Part shown: positions 40,907 through 52,169 of the stretch, piece by piece | How positions within the stretch are numbered: the stretch's first letter is position 1 | Layout of the letters: the number at the start of each line of letters is the position of its first letter | DNA from: the human T2T-CHM13v2.0 reference genome, Homo sapiens | DNA length: 64,000 nucleotides | Direction: 5' to 3' (one strand) | NCBI RefSeq assembly: GCF_009914755.1 | Contig: NC_060928.1 | The notes under the pieces: generated by a model | What the model was told of the DNA's origin: nothing | Database searches by the model: none | The model's input: the letters and a program-made list of their open reading frames with translations, nothing else | Program-made: the position numbers and the translations under genes

Positions 40907-43333
40907 AGATCTTTCACCTCCTTGATTAGATGTATTCCTAGGTATTTTATTTTTATGGCTATTGTAAATAGGATTGTATTCTTGATTTTGCTCTTAGCTT
41001 GAATGTTATTGATGTATAGATATACTACCTATTTTTGTACATTGATTTTATATTCTGAAACTTTACTGAAGTTGTTTATCAATTCCAGGAGCCTTTTGGT
41101 GGAGTCTTTGGGAGTGTTCTAGGTATAGAATCATATCTTGAATGAAGAGAGACAGTTTGACTTCTTCTTTTCTTATTTGGATACCTTTTATTTTTTTTAT
41201 CTTGCCTGATTTTTCTGGCAAGGATTTCCAGTATTGTGTTAAATAGGAGTGGTGAGAGTGGGCATCCTTGTTTTGTTCCAGTTCTCAAGGGAAATGCTAC
41301 CAGCTTATGCCCATTAAATATACTGGCTGTGCATTTGTCACAGATGGCTCTTATTATTAATATTTTGAGGTATGTTCTTTCAATGCCTAGTTTCTTTAGG
41401 GTTTTTATCATGGAGGGATTTTGGATTTTAATGAGAGCTTTTTATGCATCTATGGAGATGATAATTTTTAATTTTAGTTTTTAATTCTGCTTATATGGTG
41501 AATCACAATTTTTTATTTGCATCCCAACCTTATATTCCAGGAATGAAGCCATGTTATCATGGTGAATTAACTTTTTGACATGCTACTGGATTTGGTTTGC
41601 TAGTATATTGTTGAGAATTTTTACATCTGTGTTCATCAGGGATATTAGCCTGTGGTTTTCCTTTTCCCATGAGTCTTTGCCAGGTTTTGATATCATAGTG
41701 ATGCTGGCTTTGTAGAATGAGTTAGGGAGAAGCCCCTCCTCATCAGTTTTTTTGAATCGTTTCAGTAGGATCAGTAACAGCTCTTATTTGGACTTCTGGT
41801 AGAATTCAGCTGTGAATCCATCTGGTCCAGGGCTTTTTTTGGTTGGTAGGTTTTTTATCACTGATTCAGTTTTGGAACATGATATTGGTGTATTCAGGGT
41901 TTCAATTTCTTTCTGATTCAATTTTGTGAGATAGTGTGTTTCCAGGAATTTATTCATTTCCTCCAGATTTTCTAGTTTGTACACAGAGAAGTGTTCCTAA
42001 TAGTCTCTGAAGATCTTTTGTATTTCTGTGGGATTGTTTGTAATGTTACCATTTTTTTTTATTGTGCTTATTTTTATCTTCTCTCCCTTTTACTTCAAGT
42101 AGCTAGCAGTCTATCAATGTTGTTTATCCTCTCAAATGATAAATTTTTGGTTTCATTGATTCTTTTTATGGATTTTTGGGTCTCAATTTCATTCAATTCT
42201 GCTCTGATTTCAGTTATTTATTTTCTTCTGCTGGCTTTGTGGTTAGTTTGTTCTTGTTTTTCCATTTCCTCTATACGTGTTGTTAGATTGTTAATTTGAG
42301 ATCTTTTTGACTTTTTAATTAGGCATTTAGTGCTATAAACTTTCCTGTCAACACTACTTTTGCTGCATCCCCTAGATTTTGGTATGTTGTATCTCTGTTT
42401 TCACTTATTTCAAATAATTTTTTTATTTCTGCCTTAATTTTATTGTTAACCCAAAAGTAATTCAGAAGCAAGTTGTTTAATTTCTATGTACTTGTGTGGT
42501 TTTGGGAAATTTTCTGGGTATTGATTTCTATTTTAATTCCGCTGCAATCCCAGAATATGGTTGGTATGATTTTGATTTTTTGTTTTATTGAGACTTGCTC
42601 TATGGTTATGTATGTGGTTGATGTTGGAGTATGTTCTATGTGCAGATGAGAAGAATGAATATTCTGTGATTGATATGAGAAGTATTCTATAGATGTCTGT
42701 TAGGTTGATCAAGTGGCATATTTAAGTGCATAATTTCTTTGTTAGTTTCTTGCCTTGATGATCTGTCTAATGCTGTCAGTGGGGTTTTTAATTCCCCGAT
42801 TATTGTTGTCCAGGTAAGCCTTTTTATACATCTAGGAGTATTTGTTTTATGAATCTGGGTTCAAAAAATAGATTTTTATTTGGATTAGCTTATGTGATTA
42901 TGGAGACTGACAAGTTCCACAATGTGCAGGGTGAGTCAGCAAGCTAGGCACCATGGAGCACCAATGGTTTAGTTCCAGTCAAAGTCTGAAAACCTGAGAA
43001 CCATGAGAGCTGATGGCATAGTTCCAGTCTGAAAGACAGCAGGCTCACAATACAGGACGACAAAGTCTCTCAGTTAAAAGGCAATTAAGCAGGAAGAATT
43101 CTCTTTTAAGCAGAGGAGAAATATCCTTTTTATTTTTTGTTTTTCAGGTTTTCAACTTAATAGTTGGATGATGCCTGCCTACATTAGGAAGAACAAACTG
43201 CTTAACTTATTCTACTGATTTACAGGTTAAGCTTATCAAAAAACACCCTCACAAAAACACCCGGAATGATGTTTTACCACATATTGAGTACTATGTGACC
43301 CAGTTACATTGTCAAATATATTTAACTATCACA

Positions 43334-43440
43334 TATGGTATTATGGTATTATTTTTCACCCTATTATTTTAAAACTGTTTGTATCTTTGAATCTAAGGGG
43401 GATTTCTTATAGTTAACATATAGTTGGATTTTGCTTTTTT
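43334..43440 (-). mobile_element. Old L1M host element, segment 2
   Basis: TTTGTATCTTTGAATCTAAG...CATATAGTTGGATTTTGCTTTTTT continues the L1M sequence interrupted at 37998. Confidence 0.7.
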
Positions 43441-45976
43441 TTCTTGTAACTTTTATCTTAGGCTCAGGGGTACATGTGCAGGTTTGTTAATATAGGTAAA
43501 GTCAAGTCATGGGGGATTGGTGTACAGACTGTCTCATCACGCAGGTATGAGGCATAGTACCTTGTAGGTATTTTTTCTGATCCTTTCTCACCTCCTAACC
43601 TCCATCCTCAAGTAGATCCCAGTGTCTGTCATTTCCTTCTAAGTGTCCATGTGTTCTTGTTATTTAGCTCCCACTTATAAGGACAACAGGCAGTATTTGG
43701 TTCTGTTCCTGCATTAGTTTACTTAAGATAATGGCTTCCACCTCCATCCATGTTGCTGCAAAGTACATAATCTTGTTCTTTTTATGGCTGCATAATATTC
43801 CATGGTGTATATATACCACATTTTCTTTATCTAGTCTACCACTGATGGTCATTTAGGTTGATTCCATGTCTTTGCTATTGTGAACATGCTGCAGTAAATA
43901 TATACACACATGTGTCTTTTTGGTAGAATGATGATATTCTTTTGGATATATACCCACTAATGGGATTGTTGGGTTGAAGGGTAATTCTCTTTTTAGTTCT
44001 TTGAGGAATCACCACATTGCCTTCCATGCTGGTTGAACTAATTTACTCTCCTACCAGCAGTGATAAGCATTCCTTTTTCTCTGCAATCTTGCCAGCATCT
44101 CTTTTTTTTTTTTTTTGACTTCTTAATAATAGCCATTCTAACTCATTTGAGAAGGTATCTCATTGTCGTTTTATTGCATTTCTCAAATGATTAGTGATGT
44201 TGAGCATTTTTTTTACATGCTTGTTGGCTTCATGTATGTCTTCTTTTAAAAAGTGTCGTTCAAGTATTTGTCCCACTTTTTAATGGGGTTGTATGTTTTT
44301 TGCTTGTAAATTTATATATATTCCATATAGATTCTGGCTATTATATGTAGTTAGAAGCATAGTTTGTAAATATTTTTTCCCTTTCTGTAAGTTGTCTGTT
44401 TACTCAGTTGACAGTTTCTTTTGCTGTGCAGAAGCTCTTAAGTTTAATTAGATCTCATTTGTCAATTTTTGCCTTTGTTGCAATTGCTTTTGGCATCTTT
44501 GTCATGAAATCATTGCCAGTTTCTATATCCAGATGGTATTTCCTAGGTTATTTTCCAGAGTTTTTATAGGTTTAGGTTTTACATTCAAGTTCTTAATTCA
44601 TCTTGAGTTGATTTTTGTATACGGTTCAAGGAGGCATCTGGTTTCAATCTTCTGCATATGGCTAGACAGCTATCCCAGCACCATTTATTGAATAGGAATA
44701 CCTTTCTCCATTGCTTGTTTTTGTCAGTTTTGTCAAAGATTAGATGGTTGTAAGTGTGCAGCCTTATTTCAGGGTTTTTGATTCTGTTCCATTGGTCTAT
44801 ATGTCTGTTTTTTGTATTGGTACTATACTGTTTTGGTTACTGTAGCCTTGTAGTATATTTTGAAGTGAGCTAGTATTATGCTTCCAGCTTTGTTCTTTTT
44901 GCTTAGGACGTCTTGTTTCTTCGGGTTCTTTTTCTTCCAAATGAATTTTAAAATAGTTTTTTCTAGTTCTGTGAAGAATGCCATTGGTAGTTTGATAAGT
45001 GTAGCATTGAATCTGTAAATTTTGGGGAGAAGTATGGCCATTTTACAATATTGATTCTTCCTATTTATGAGCATGGAGTGTTTTCCCATTTGTTTGTGTC
45101 ATCTCTGATTTCTCGGAAGAGTATTTTGTAATTCTCATTGCAGAGATTTTTCATTTCCCTATGTAGCTGTATTCCTAGGTATTCTTTTTGTGGCAGTTAT
45201 AAATGGCATTGCCCTCCTTGTTTGGCTCTTGGCTTGCAGGTTGTTGATATATTGGAATGGTACTGATTTTTGTACATTGATTTCTTATCCTGAAACTTTG
45301 CTGAAGTTGTTTATCAGTTCAAGGAACTTTTGGTCAGACAATATGGAGTTTCAAGTTATAGAATCCTGTTGTTGAAAAATGAGATAGTTTGACTTCTTCT
45401 TTTCCTATTTGGATGCCTTTTATTTCTTTTTCTTGCCTGATTGCTCTGGCTAGAAATTCCATACCATGTTTATAGGAGTAGTGAGAGAGGGCATCTTTGT
45501 GTTGTGCAAGTTTTCAAAAAGAATGCTTCCAGCTATTGCCCCTTCCATATGATGTTGGGTGGGGGTTTTAAAAGATAACTCTTTATTTTAAAGTATGTTC
45601 CTTCAATGCCTAGTCATTTGAGAGTCTTTAACATGAAGGATGTTGAATTTTATTGAAAACTTTTTCTGCATCTATTTAGATAATCATGTGTATTTTGTCT
45701 TTAGTCAGTTTGGTTCATTTGTACACTCAGCTGTTTTGTCTATCAGCTCCTGTATTGTTTTCTTATAATCCACAACTTCTTTGGATTGTGTTTCAATATT
45801 CACCTGAATCTCGATGATCTTCATTCCTGTCCATATTCTTAATTCTACGTCTGTCATTTCAGGAACCTCAGCCCATTTAAGAATCATTTCTGGGAAACTA
45901 GTGCATTATTTGGAAGAAAGAATATACTCTGCCATTTGAGTTACCAGAGTTCTTACGCTGGTTCTTTCAGTTCTTT

Positions 45977-45979
<3 letters not shown>

Positions 45980-46025
<46 letters not shown>
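45980..46025. repeat. Perfect (GT)23 microsatellite at the L1 ORF1 start
   Basis: Directly visible. Confidence 0.95.
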
Positions 46026-46027
<2 letters not shown>

Positions 46028-48158
46028 CTTTGATATAAATTGAGTACAGTCAGTAAACTTATATTCTGGATGTTTTCAGAGGGCTGATGCTTTGTGCAAG
46101 ACCTTTATTTGTAGCTGAATTTTTGCTTTTGGTTTCACAGGGGGGGTATGATAGCAAAACATTTTTGATGTTGAAGTTTGGGATGTGAACTAGTAGGTGG
46201 TGCTTAAGCATAATGATCAGTAGGTAGTCTCTTCCTCAGTCATGTAGCTCCTCTGTATTTCCTCATGTTTGCAGCCATGCTCCCTCTGAGGGCTCTGAAA
46301 TTGTGGACTCCTCTTTCTCTTGAGTGCTGGCTGCAGATCTTGGCTTGGCACTCCCGGGCTGCATGCAGCAGCTCTGGGGTGATCTTAGTCTTTATGTTTC
46401 CTCCCCAGCTTGGTAGCAGCAAAGGAAGCGACCTTAGCAGTGGTTGTGTTCAAGAGATTTTCACTTGTCTCTTGGGGCTCTACCCCAGAGATATGTGGAG
46501 CGGCAATCAATTAGTGCTATTGGCTCATGATGGAGCAGCCGCTCTGTGGGCCCAAGCTGGGGAGGAGGTGTCTGGTTATGAGCAGGGGGTTTGGGTGGGA
46601 CCCATGGGAGACAGATTGGCCTTCTCTCCTTAGGGCAACTGCAGCTTTCTGGAGGTGTGGATAAATACTCAGTATTTTTACTCCTTCTATAGTCCAAGGG
46701 AAGCTAGGGAAGTACCACTGCAAAGGTGTTTTTGGTTGCCCTGGTAGCTCCACCTCCAAGAAACGTGGAGCTGCTCCTACTGAGACTGTTCAGCCAGAGG
46801 GTGGGGCAGCTGTACTGCTAGCCTGAGCTAGTGGGTCTGTTTGTTGGGTGTTGGGGCATCAAGGGCTCACATGGAGGAGAGACTGGGCTCCTCTCTATAT
46901 AGTGGCTATTATGTGCTGTAAGTTCAGGTGAAGACCTCAGACTCTTTGTTATTTCCTTAGACCAAGAGAAACAGGAGCAGAACCATTTCTGTGGCAGTGG
47001 CAGAAGGGTTGTCACTTGCCTTTGAGAGACTCTTCCCAGGGAAACTGAGAGCCACCACCAGTGGGTATGCTCAGCCATGGGTTGGGCAACTATTCTGTGG
47101 TCCTGAACCAGGGGCCCAGATTGGTGAAGAGTGGGGGTTAGGCTTTCCCAGGGAAGATGGACTGGACTCTGATCCATGCAGTGGCTGCAGTGTGTGGGAG
47201 GTTCCAGCGTATTGACTAGGTCCTTTATTCTTTCCCTAGCCTGATGGTAGTTAGAGTGGTACCACTGCATCTGCAATGGCAAAGGGGTTGTGGGTTGAGT
47301 GGGATTTTCTCCTTGGAGAAATGCTGAGCCACTTCTGAAGTATCCAGGTGGGGGCAGGGTAGATGTGCTGGAGACCTAGGTCAGGAGGCTGCGCCCAATG
47401 AGGAGATGTAAGGACAGGGACCTGTATGGAGAACAGTCCTGCCACTTTTCCATAGGGCGGCCACACTGTACTGGGGGTCCGCTCTAGACAGTAGTCACTC
47501 GGGACTCTTCAGAGCCTGTAGGCAGCAAAGGTGAGGGCTTCAAAACAGCAAAGATGGCAGCCCACCCCACCCTCTGGAAACTCCAGTCCGGGAGGTACAG
47601 AGCTGCTACTGTCCTGAGAGCCCCAGTGAGGGTTGGCTGGTGTCCCAGACCAGTGGGTATTATCCTGCGAGGTGCAGTGGAATCAAGTCATGCAGACAAT
47701 CACTGCTCAGGTTCCTGGATCTAGCCCCCTTCCTCGGGGCCTATAGGGAGCCTAGGCACCCCTTTTGCTGGAGCTGCAGCCATGTGTGCCTGAGCAGTGG
47801 CTCTGCCCAGACTCTATATAGCTCTGCATGTCAGTCTGAAGGCCTTGGTGGAGTGGACTCACAAGGGGATCTCCTGATCCCAGGGTTGCAAAGATCTATT
47901 GAAGAAATGTGGGTCCTTGGCATCTCCCACTCACTCACTATTTCCCTATGGAGGGGGTGTCTCCCCTGGCTCTGTGCCACTCCTGGGTGTGTGGTTGTCC
48001 TGTCTTGCTCCTCCCTGTCTTCCATGGGTTGAGTTGTCAAGTTGTTTCCTTGATGAATCCCAATATGTTCGCCTGGATGTTTCAGTTGAAGATTTAGAAT
48101 TTACTTGCCACCTCCTTTTCTGTCTCTGAAAACAATGTGTACTAGTTCCCTCTAGTCA

Positions 48159-48167
48159 GCCATCTTG
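48159..48167 (-). promoter_or_regulatory. YY1 motif at the L1 5' end
   Basis: CAAGATGGC about 12 nt inside the L1 5' terminus, the canonical position of the L1 YY1 site. Confidence 0.6.
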
Positions 48168-48179
48168 TCCCTTCCCCCA

Positions 48180-49015
48180 ATTTGTTTTTTTAGAATCATT
48201 ATGCCAGTATCTGCCTCTTGATTAAAGTATTTTGTCAATTTACATTTAAAGTACTTATTGATAAGGTGAGATTTATTTCTGCCATTTACTATTGTTTTCT
48301 ACGTGTTTTATGTCTTTTCTGTTCCTTGTGTTCATCCATTACTACCTTATTCTGTGATAAATACATATTGTCTGGTGCACTGTACTAATTTATTTCCTTT
48401 GTTTATTTTAATATACATGGATATATGTTTTTGAGTTTTTTTTTCTTAGTGGTTGTTCTAGGGATTACAATTAATGTCTTTACTTCAATCTATCTTCTTT
48501 AGATTAATTCCAAATTAACTTCAATAGTATACAAAACTGTTTCTTTTTTTTTTTTTAATCAGTGTTGACCAGATTGGCCTTGAACGTGTAGGCTCGCCTC
48601 CCTGAGTGCCAGGGCAACTGGCCTGAGACACTGTGGCTCCCAAAACTGTTTCAATATAGTTTTTTCCCTACCCTCCTTAGTGGTCTTTGTTGTCATAACA
48701 ATTACATCTTTATGTATCACAATCTATCAACTTGGTTTTATAATAATTGCTTTTTGCAATGATCTTTTAACTTACATATGAAAAGAAAAGGTTTTAAGCA
48801 AAAACACATTTTTTACTGTGTTTTCTATTTACCTGTGTAGTTTCCTTTACTTTTGCTCTTTGTTTCTTCATATGGATTCAAGTTACTGTCTGATGTCTGT
48901 TTTTTCAGCTTAATGACTCCATTTAGTACTTCTTGTAAGATAGGTCTGCTGGCAACAAATTCCCTTAGTTTCCTTTTTTCTTTTTAATATGAAATATCCT
49001 AATTTGTACTTTTGT
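48180..49015 (-). mobile_element. Old L1M host element, segment 3
   Basis: CTGCCTCTTGATT...TTTACATTTAAAGTACTTATTGATAAGG...TAGGTCTGCTGGCAACAAATTCCCTTAGTT. Confidence 0.75.
48544..48640 (-). pseudogene. Retrocopy of a snaR-related small Pol III RNA (ASR/CAS-like, Alu-left-monomer derived)
   Basis: Minus strand GGAGCCACAGTGTCTCAGGCCAGTTGCCCTGGCACTCAGGGAGGCGAGCCTACACGTTCAAGGCCAATCTGGTCAACACTGATT + A13; perfect 12-bp TSD CAAAACTGTTTC at 48532-48543 and 48641-48652. Confidence 0.8.
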
Positions 49016-49110
49016 TTTTGCTGTCCTGTTATTTGTAAGAGTCCTGTGTAACAATTTTATGAAGTTCTGACAACTGTGAATTATCAGTTGGAAAATACTG
49101 CTCTAAGTTC

Positions 49111-52100
49111 ATTTTATTTTTCATTTATTCATTTTTTTATTATACTTTAAGTTCGAGGGTACATGTGCACAATGTGCAGGTTTGTTACATAGGTATACAT
49201 GTGTCATGTTGGTTTGCTGCACCCATCAACTCGTCATTTACATTAGGTATTTCTTCTAGCTATCCGTCCCCCAGACCCCCGCCCCTGACAGGCCCCGGTG
49301 TGTGATGTTCCCCGCAATGTGTCCAGGTGTTCTCATTGTTCACTTCCCACTTATGAGTGAGAACATGCAGTGTTTGGTTTTCTGTCCTTGTGATAGTTTG
49401 CTGAGAATGATGGTTTACAGCTTCATGCATGTCCCTGCAAAGGACATGAACTCATCATTTTTTATGGCTGCATAGTATTCCATGTTGTATATGTGCCACA
49501 TTAATCCAGTCTATCATTGATGGACATTTGGGTTGGTCCCAAATCTTTGCTATTGTGAATAGTGCCGCAATAAACATGCATGTGCATGTGTCTTTATAGT
49601 AGCATGATTTATAACCCTTTGAGTATATACCCAGTAATGGGATCACTGGGTCAAATGGTATTTCTAGTTCTAGATCCTTGAGGAAATGGCACACTGTCTT
49701 CCACAATGGTTGAACTAATTTACACTCCCACCAACAGCGTAAAAGTGTTCCTGTTTCTCCAAATCCTCTCCACCATCTGTTGTTTCCTGACTTTTTAATG
49801 ATCACCATGCTAACTGGTGCAAGATGGTATCTCATTGTGGTTTTGATTTGCATTTCTCTGATGACCAGTGATGATGAGCATTCTTTCATGTGTCTGTTGG
49901 CTGCATAAATGTCTTCTTTTGAGAAATGCCTGTTCATATTCTTTGCCCACTTTTTGATGGGGTTGTTTGATATTTTCTTGTAAATTTGTTTAAGTTCTTT
50001 GTAGATTCTGGATATTAGCCCTTCATCAGATGGGCAGATTGCAAAAATTTTCTCCCATTCTGTAGGTTGCCTGTTCACTCTGATGGCAGTTCCTTTTGCC
50101 GTGCAGAAGCTCTTTAGTTTAATTAGATCTCATTTGTTAATTTTGGCTTTTGTTGCCATTGCTTTTGGTGTTTTAGTCATGAAGTCCTTGCCCATGCCTA
50201 TGTCCTGAATGGTATTGCCTAGATTTTCTTCTAGGGTTTTTATGGTTTTAGGTCTAACATTGAAGTCTTTAATCCATCTTGAATTAATTTTTGTATAAGG
50301 TGAAAGGAAGGGATCCAGTTTCAGCTTTCTACATATGGCTAGCCCGTTTTCCCAGCACCATTTATTATAGGGAATCCTTTCACCATTTCTTGTTTTTGAC
50401 ATGTTTGTCAAAGATCAGATGGTTGTAGATGTGTGGTGTTACTTCCGAGGACTCTGTTCTGTTCCATTGGTCTGTATATCTGTTTTGGTACCAGTACCAT
50501 GCTGTTTTAGTTACTGTAGCCTTGTAGTATAGTTTGAAGTCAGGTAGCGTGATGCCTCAGCTTTGTTCTTTTTGCTTAGGATTGTCTTGGCTATGTGAGC
50601 TCTATTTTGGTTCCATATGAATGTTAGTTTTTTCTAATTCTGTGAAGAAAGTCATTGGTAGCTTGATGGGGATGGCACTGAATCTATAAATTACCTTGGG
50701 CAGTATGGCCATTTTCACGATATTGATTCTTCCTATCCATGAGCATGGAATGTTCTTCCATTTGTTTGTGTCCTCTTTTATTTCGTTGAGCAGTGGTTTG
50801 CAGTTTTCCTTGAAGAAGTCCTTCACATCCCTTGTAAGTTGGATTCCTAGGTATTTTATTCTCTTTGTAGCAATTGTGAATGGGAATGCACTCATGATTT
50901 GGCTCTCTGTTTGTCTGTTATTGGTGTATAGGAATGCTTGTCATTTTTGCACATTGATTTTGTATCCTGAGACTTTGCTGAAGTTGCTTATCAGCTTAAG
51001 GAGATTTTGGGCTGAGCTGATGGGGTTTTCTAAATATACAATCATGTCATCTGCAAACAGGGACAATTTGACTTCCTTTTTTCCTAGTTGAATACCTTTT
51101 ATTTCTTTATTTTGCCTGATTGCCCTGGCCAGAACTTCCAATACTATGTTGAATAAGAGTGGTGAGAGAGGGCATCCCTGTCTTGTGCCAGTTTTCAAAG
51201 GGAATGCTTTCAGTTTTTGCCCATTCAGTATGATATTGGCTGTGGGTTTGTCATAAATAGCTCTTATTATTTTGAGATATGTTCCATCAATATCTAGTTT
51301 ATTGAGAGTTTTTAGCATGAAGGGCTGTTGAGTTTTGTCGAAGGCCTTTTCTTCATCTATTGAGATAATAATGTGGTTTTGTCGTTTAGTTCTGTTTATG
51401 TGATGGATTATGTTTATTGATTTGCATATGTTGAACCAGCCTTGCATCCCAGAAATGAAGCTGACTTGATCATGGTGGATAAGCTTTTTGATGTGCTGCT
51501 GTATTTGGTTTGCCAGTATTTTATTGAGGATTTTCGCATTGATGTTCATCAGGGATATTGGTCTAAAATTCTCTTTTATTGTTGTGTCTCTGCCAGGCTT
51601 TGGTATCAGGATGATGTTGGCCTCATAAAATGAGTTAGGGAGGATTCCCTCTTTTTCTGTTGACTGGCATAGTTTCAGAAGGAATGGTACCAGCTCCTCT
51701 TTGTACCTCTGGTAGAATTCGGCTGGGAATCCATCTGGTTCTGGACTTCTTTTTGTTGGTAGGCTATTAATTATTGCCTCGATTTCAGAGCCTGTTATTG
51801 GTCTATTCAAGGATGCAACTTCTTCCTGGTTTAGTCTTGGGAGGGTATATGTGTCCAGGAATTTATCCTTTTCTTTTAGATTTTCTAGTTTATTTGCGTA
51901 GAGGTGTTTCTGGTATTCTCTGATGGTAGTTTGTATGTCTGTGGGATCGATGGTGATATCCCCTTTATTATTTTTATTGCGTCCATTTGATTCTTCTCTC
52001 TTTTCTTCTTTATTAGTCTTGCTAGCAGTCTATCAATTTTGTTAATCTTTACAAAAAACCAGCTCCTGGTTTCATTGATTTTTGAAGGGTTTTGTTGTGT

Positions 52101-52169
52101 CTCTATGTCCTTCAGTTCTGCTCTGATCTTAGTTATTTCTTGCCTTCTGCTAGCCTTTGAATTTGTTTG
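49111..52169 (-). mobile_element. 5'-truncated LINE-1 (L1PA6/L1PA7-like) with decayed ORF2
   Basis: TTATTATACTTTAAGTTCGAGGGTACATGTGCACAATGTGCAGGTTTGTTACATAGG; ORF 50941..51810 is the RT domain ([10 protein letters not shown]...LFADD); the remainder is split into ORFs 50602..50895, 50130..50411 and 49455..50078. Confidence 0.93.

Larger units (their letters stand above)
38082..42860 (-). mobile_element. 5'-truncated LINE-1 (L1PA16-like) carrying MER1A and MLT2A insertions
   Basis: TTTCAACTTTTATTTTAGATTCAAGTGGTACATGTGCAG...GATGCTGAAGTTTGGGGTACGATTGATCC; TSD ATAGATTTTT at 38072-38081 and 42868-42877; RT remnants in ORFs 41079..41411 and 41784..41984. Confidence 0.88.
37999..43333 (-). mobile_element. 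ERVL MLT2B/C-like solo LTR split in two (37999-38081 and 42868-43333) by an L1
   Basis: TTGGTCAGGATTCTCTAGAGAAACA...; resumes GATTAGCTTATGTGATTATGGAGACTGACAAGTTCCACAATGTGCAGGGTGAGTCAGCAAG...TTTAACTATCACA. Confidence 0.82.
43441..48178 (-). mobile_element. LINE-1 (L1PA13-15-like) retaining both ends, with a large internal deletion
   Basis: 3'UTR at 43441; ORF2 to ~45705 then a jump to the ORF1 N-terminus (ORF 45705..45887); ~2.1-kb GC-richer 5'UTR; 5' terminus GGGGGAAGGGACAAGATGGCTGACTAGA. Confidence 0.88.

Noticed and set aside
46240-48129. Cluster of overlapping 60-154 aa ORFs
   Set aside because: Lie in the GC-richer L1 5'UTR where stops are rarer; no recognisable protein
50941-51810. 289-aa reverse-transcriptase ORF
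   Set aside because: A fragment of LINE-1 ORF2 in a 5'-truncated, frameshifted copy; not a functional gene or novel RT system
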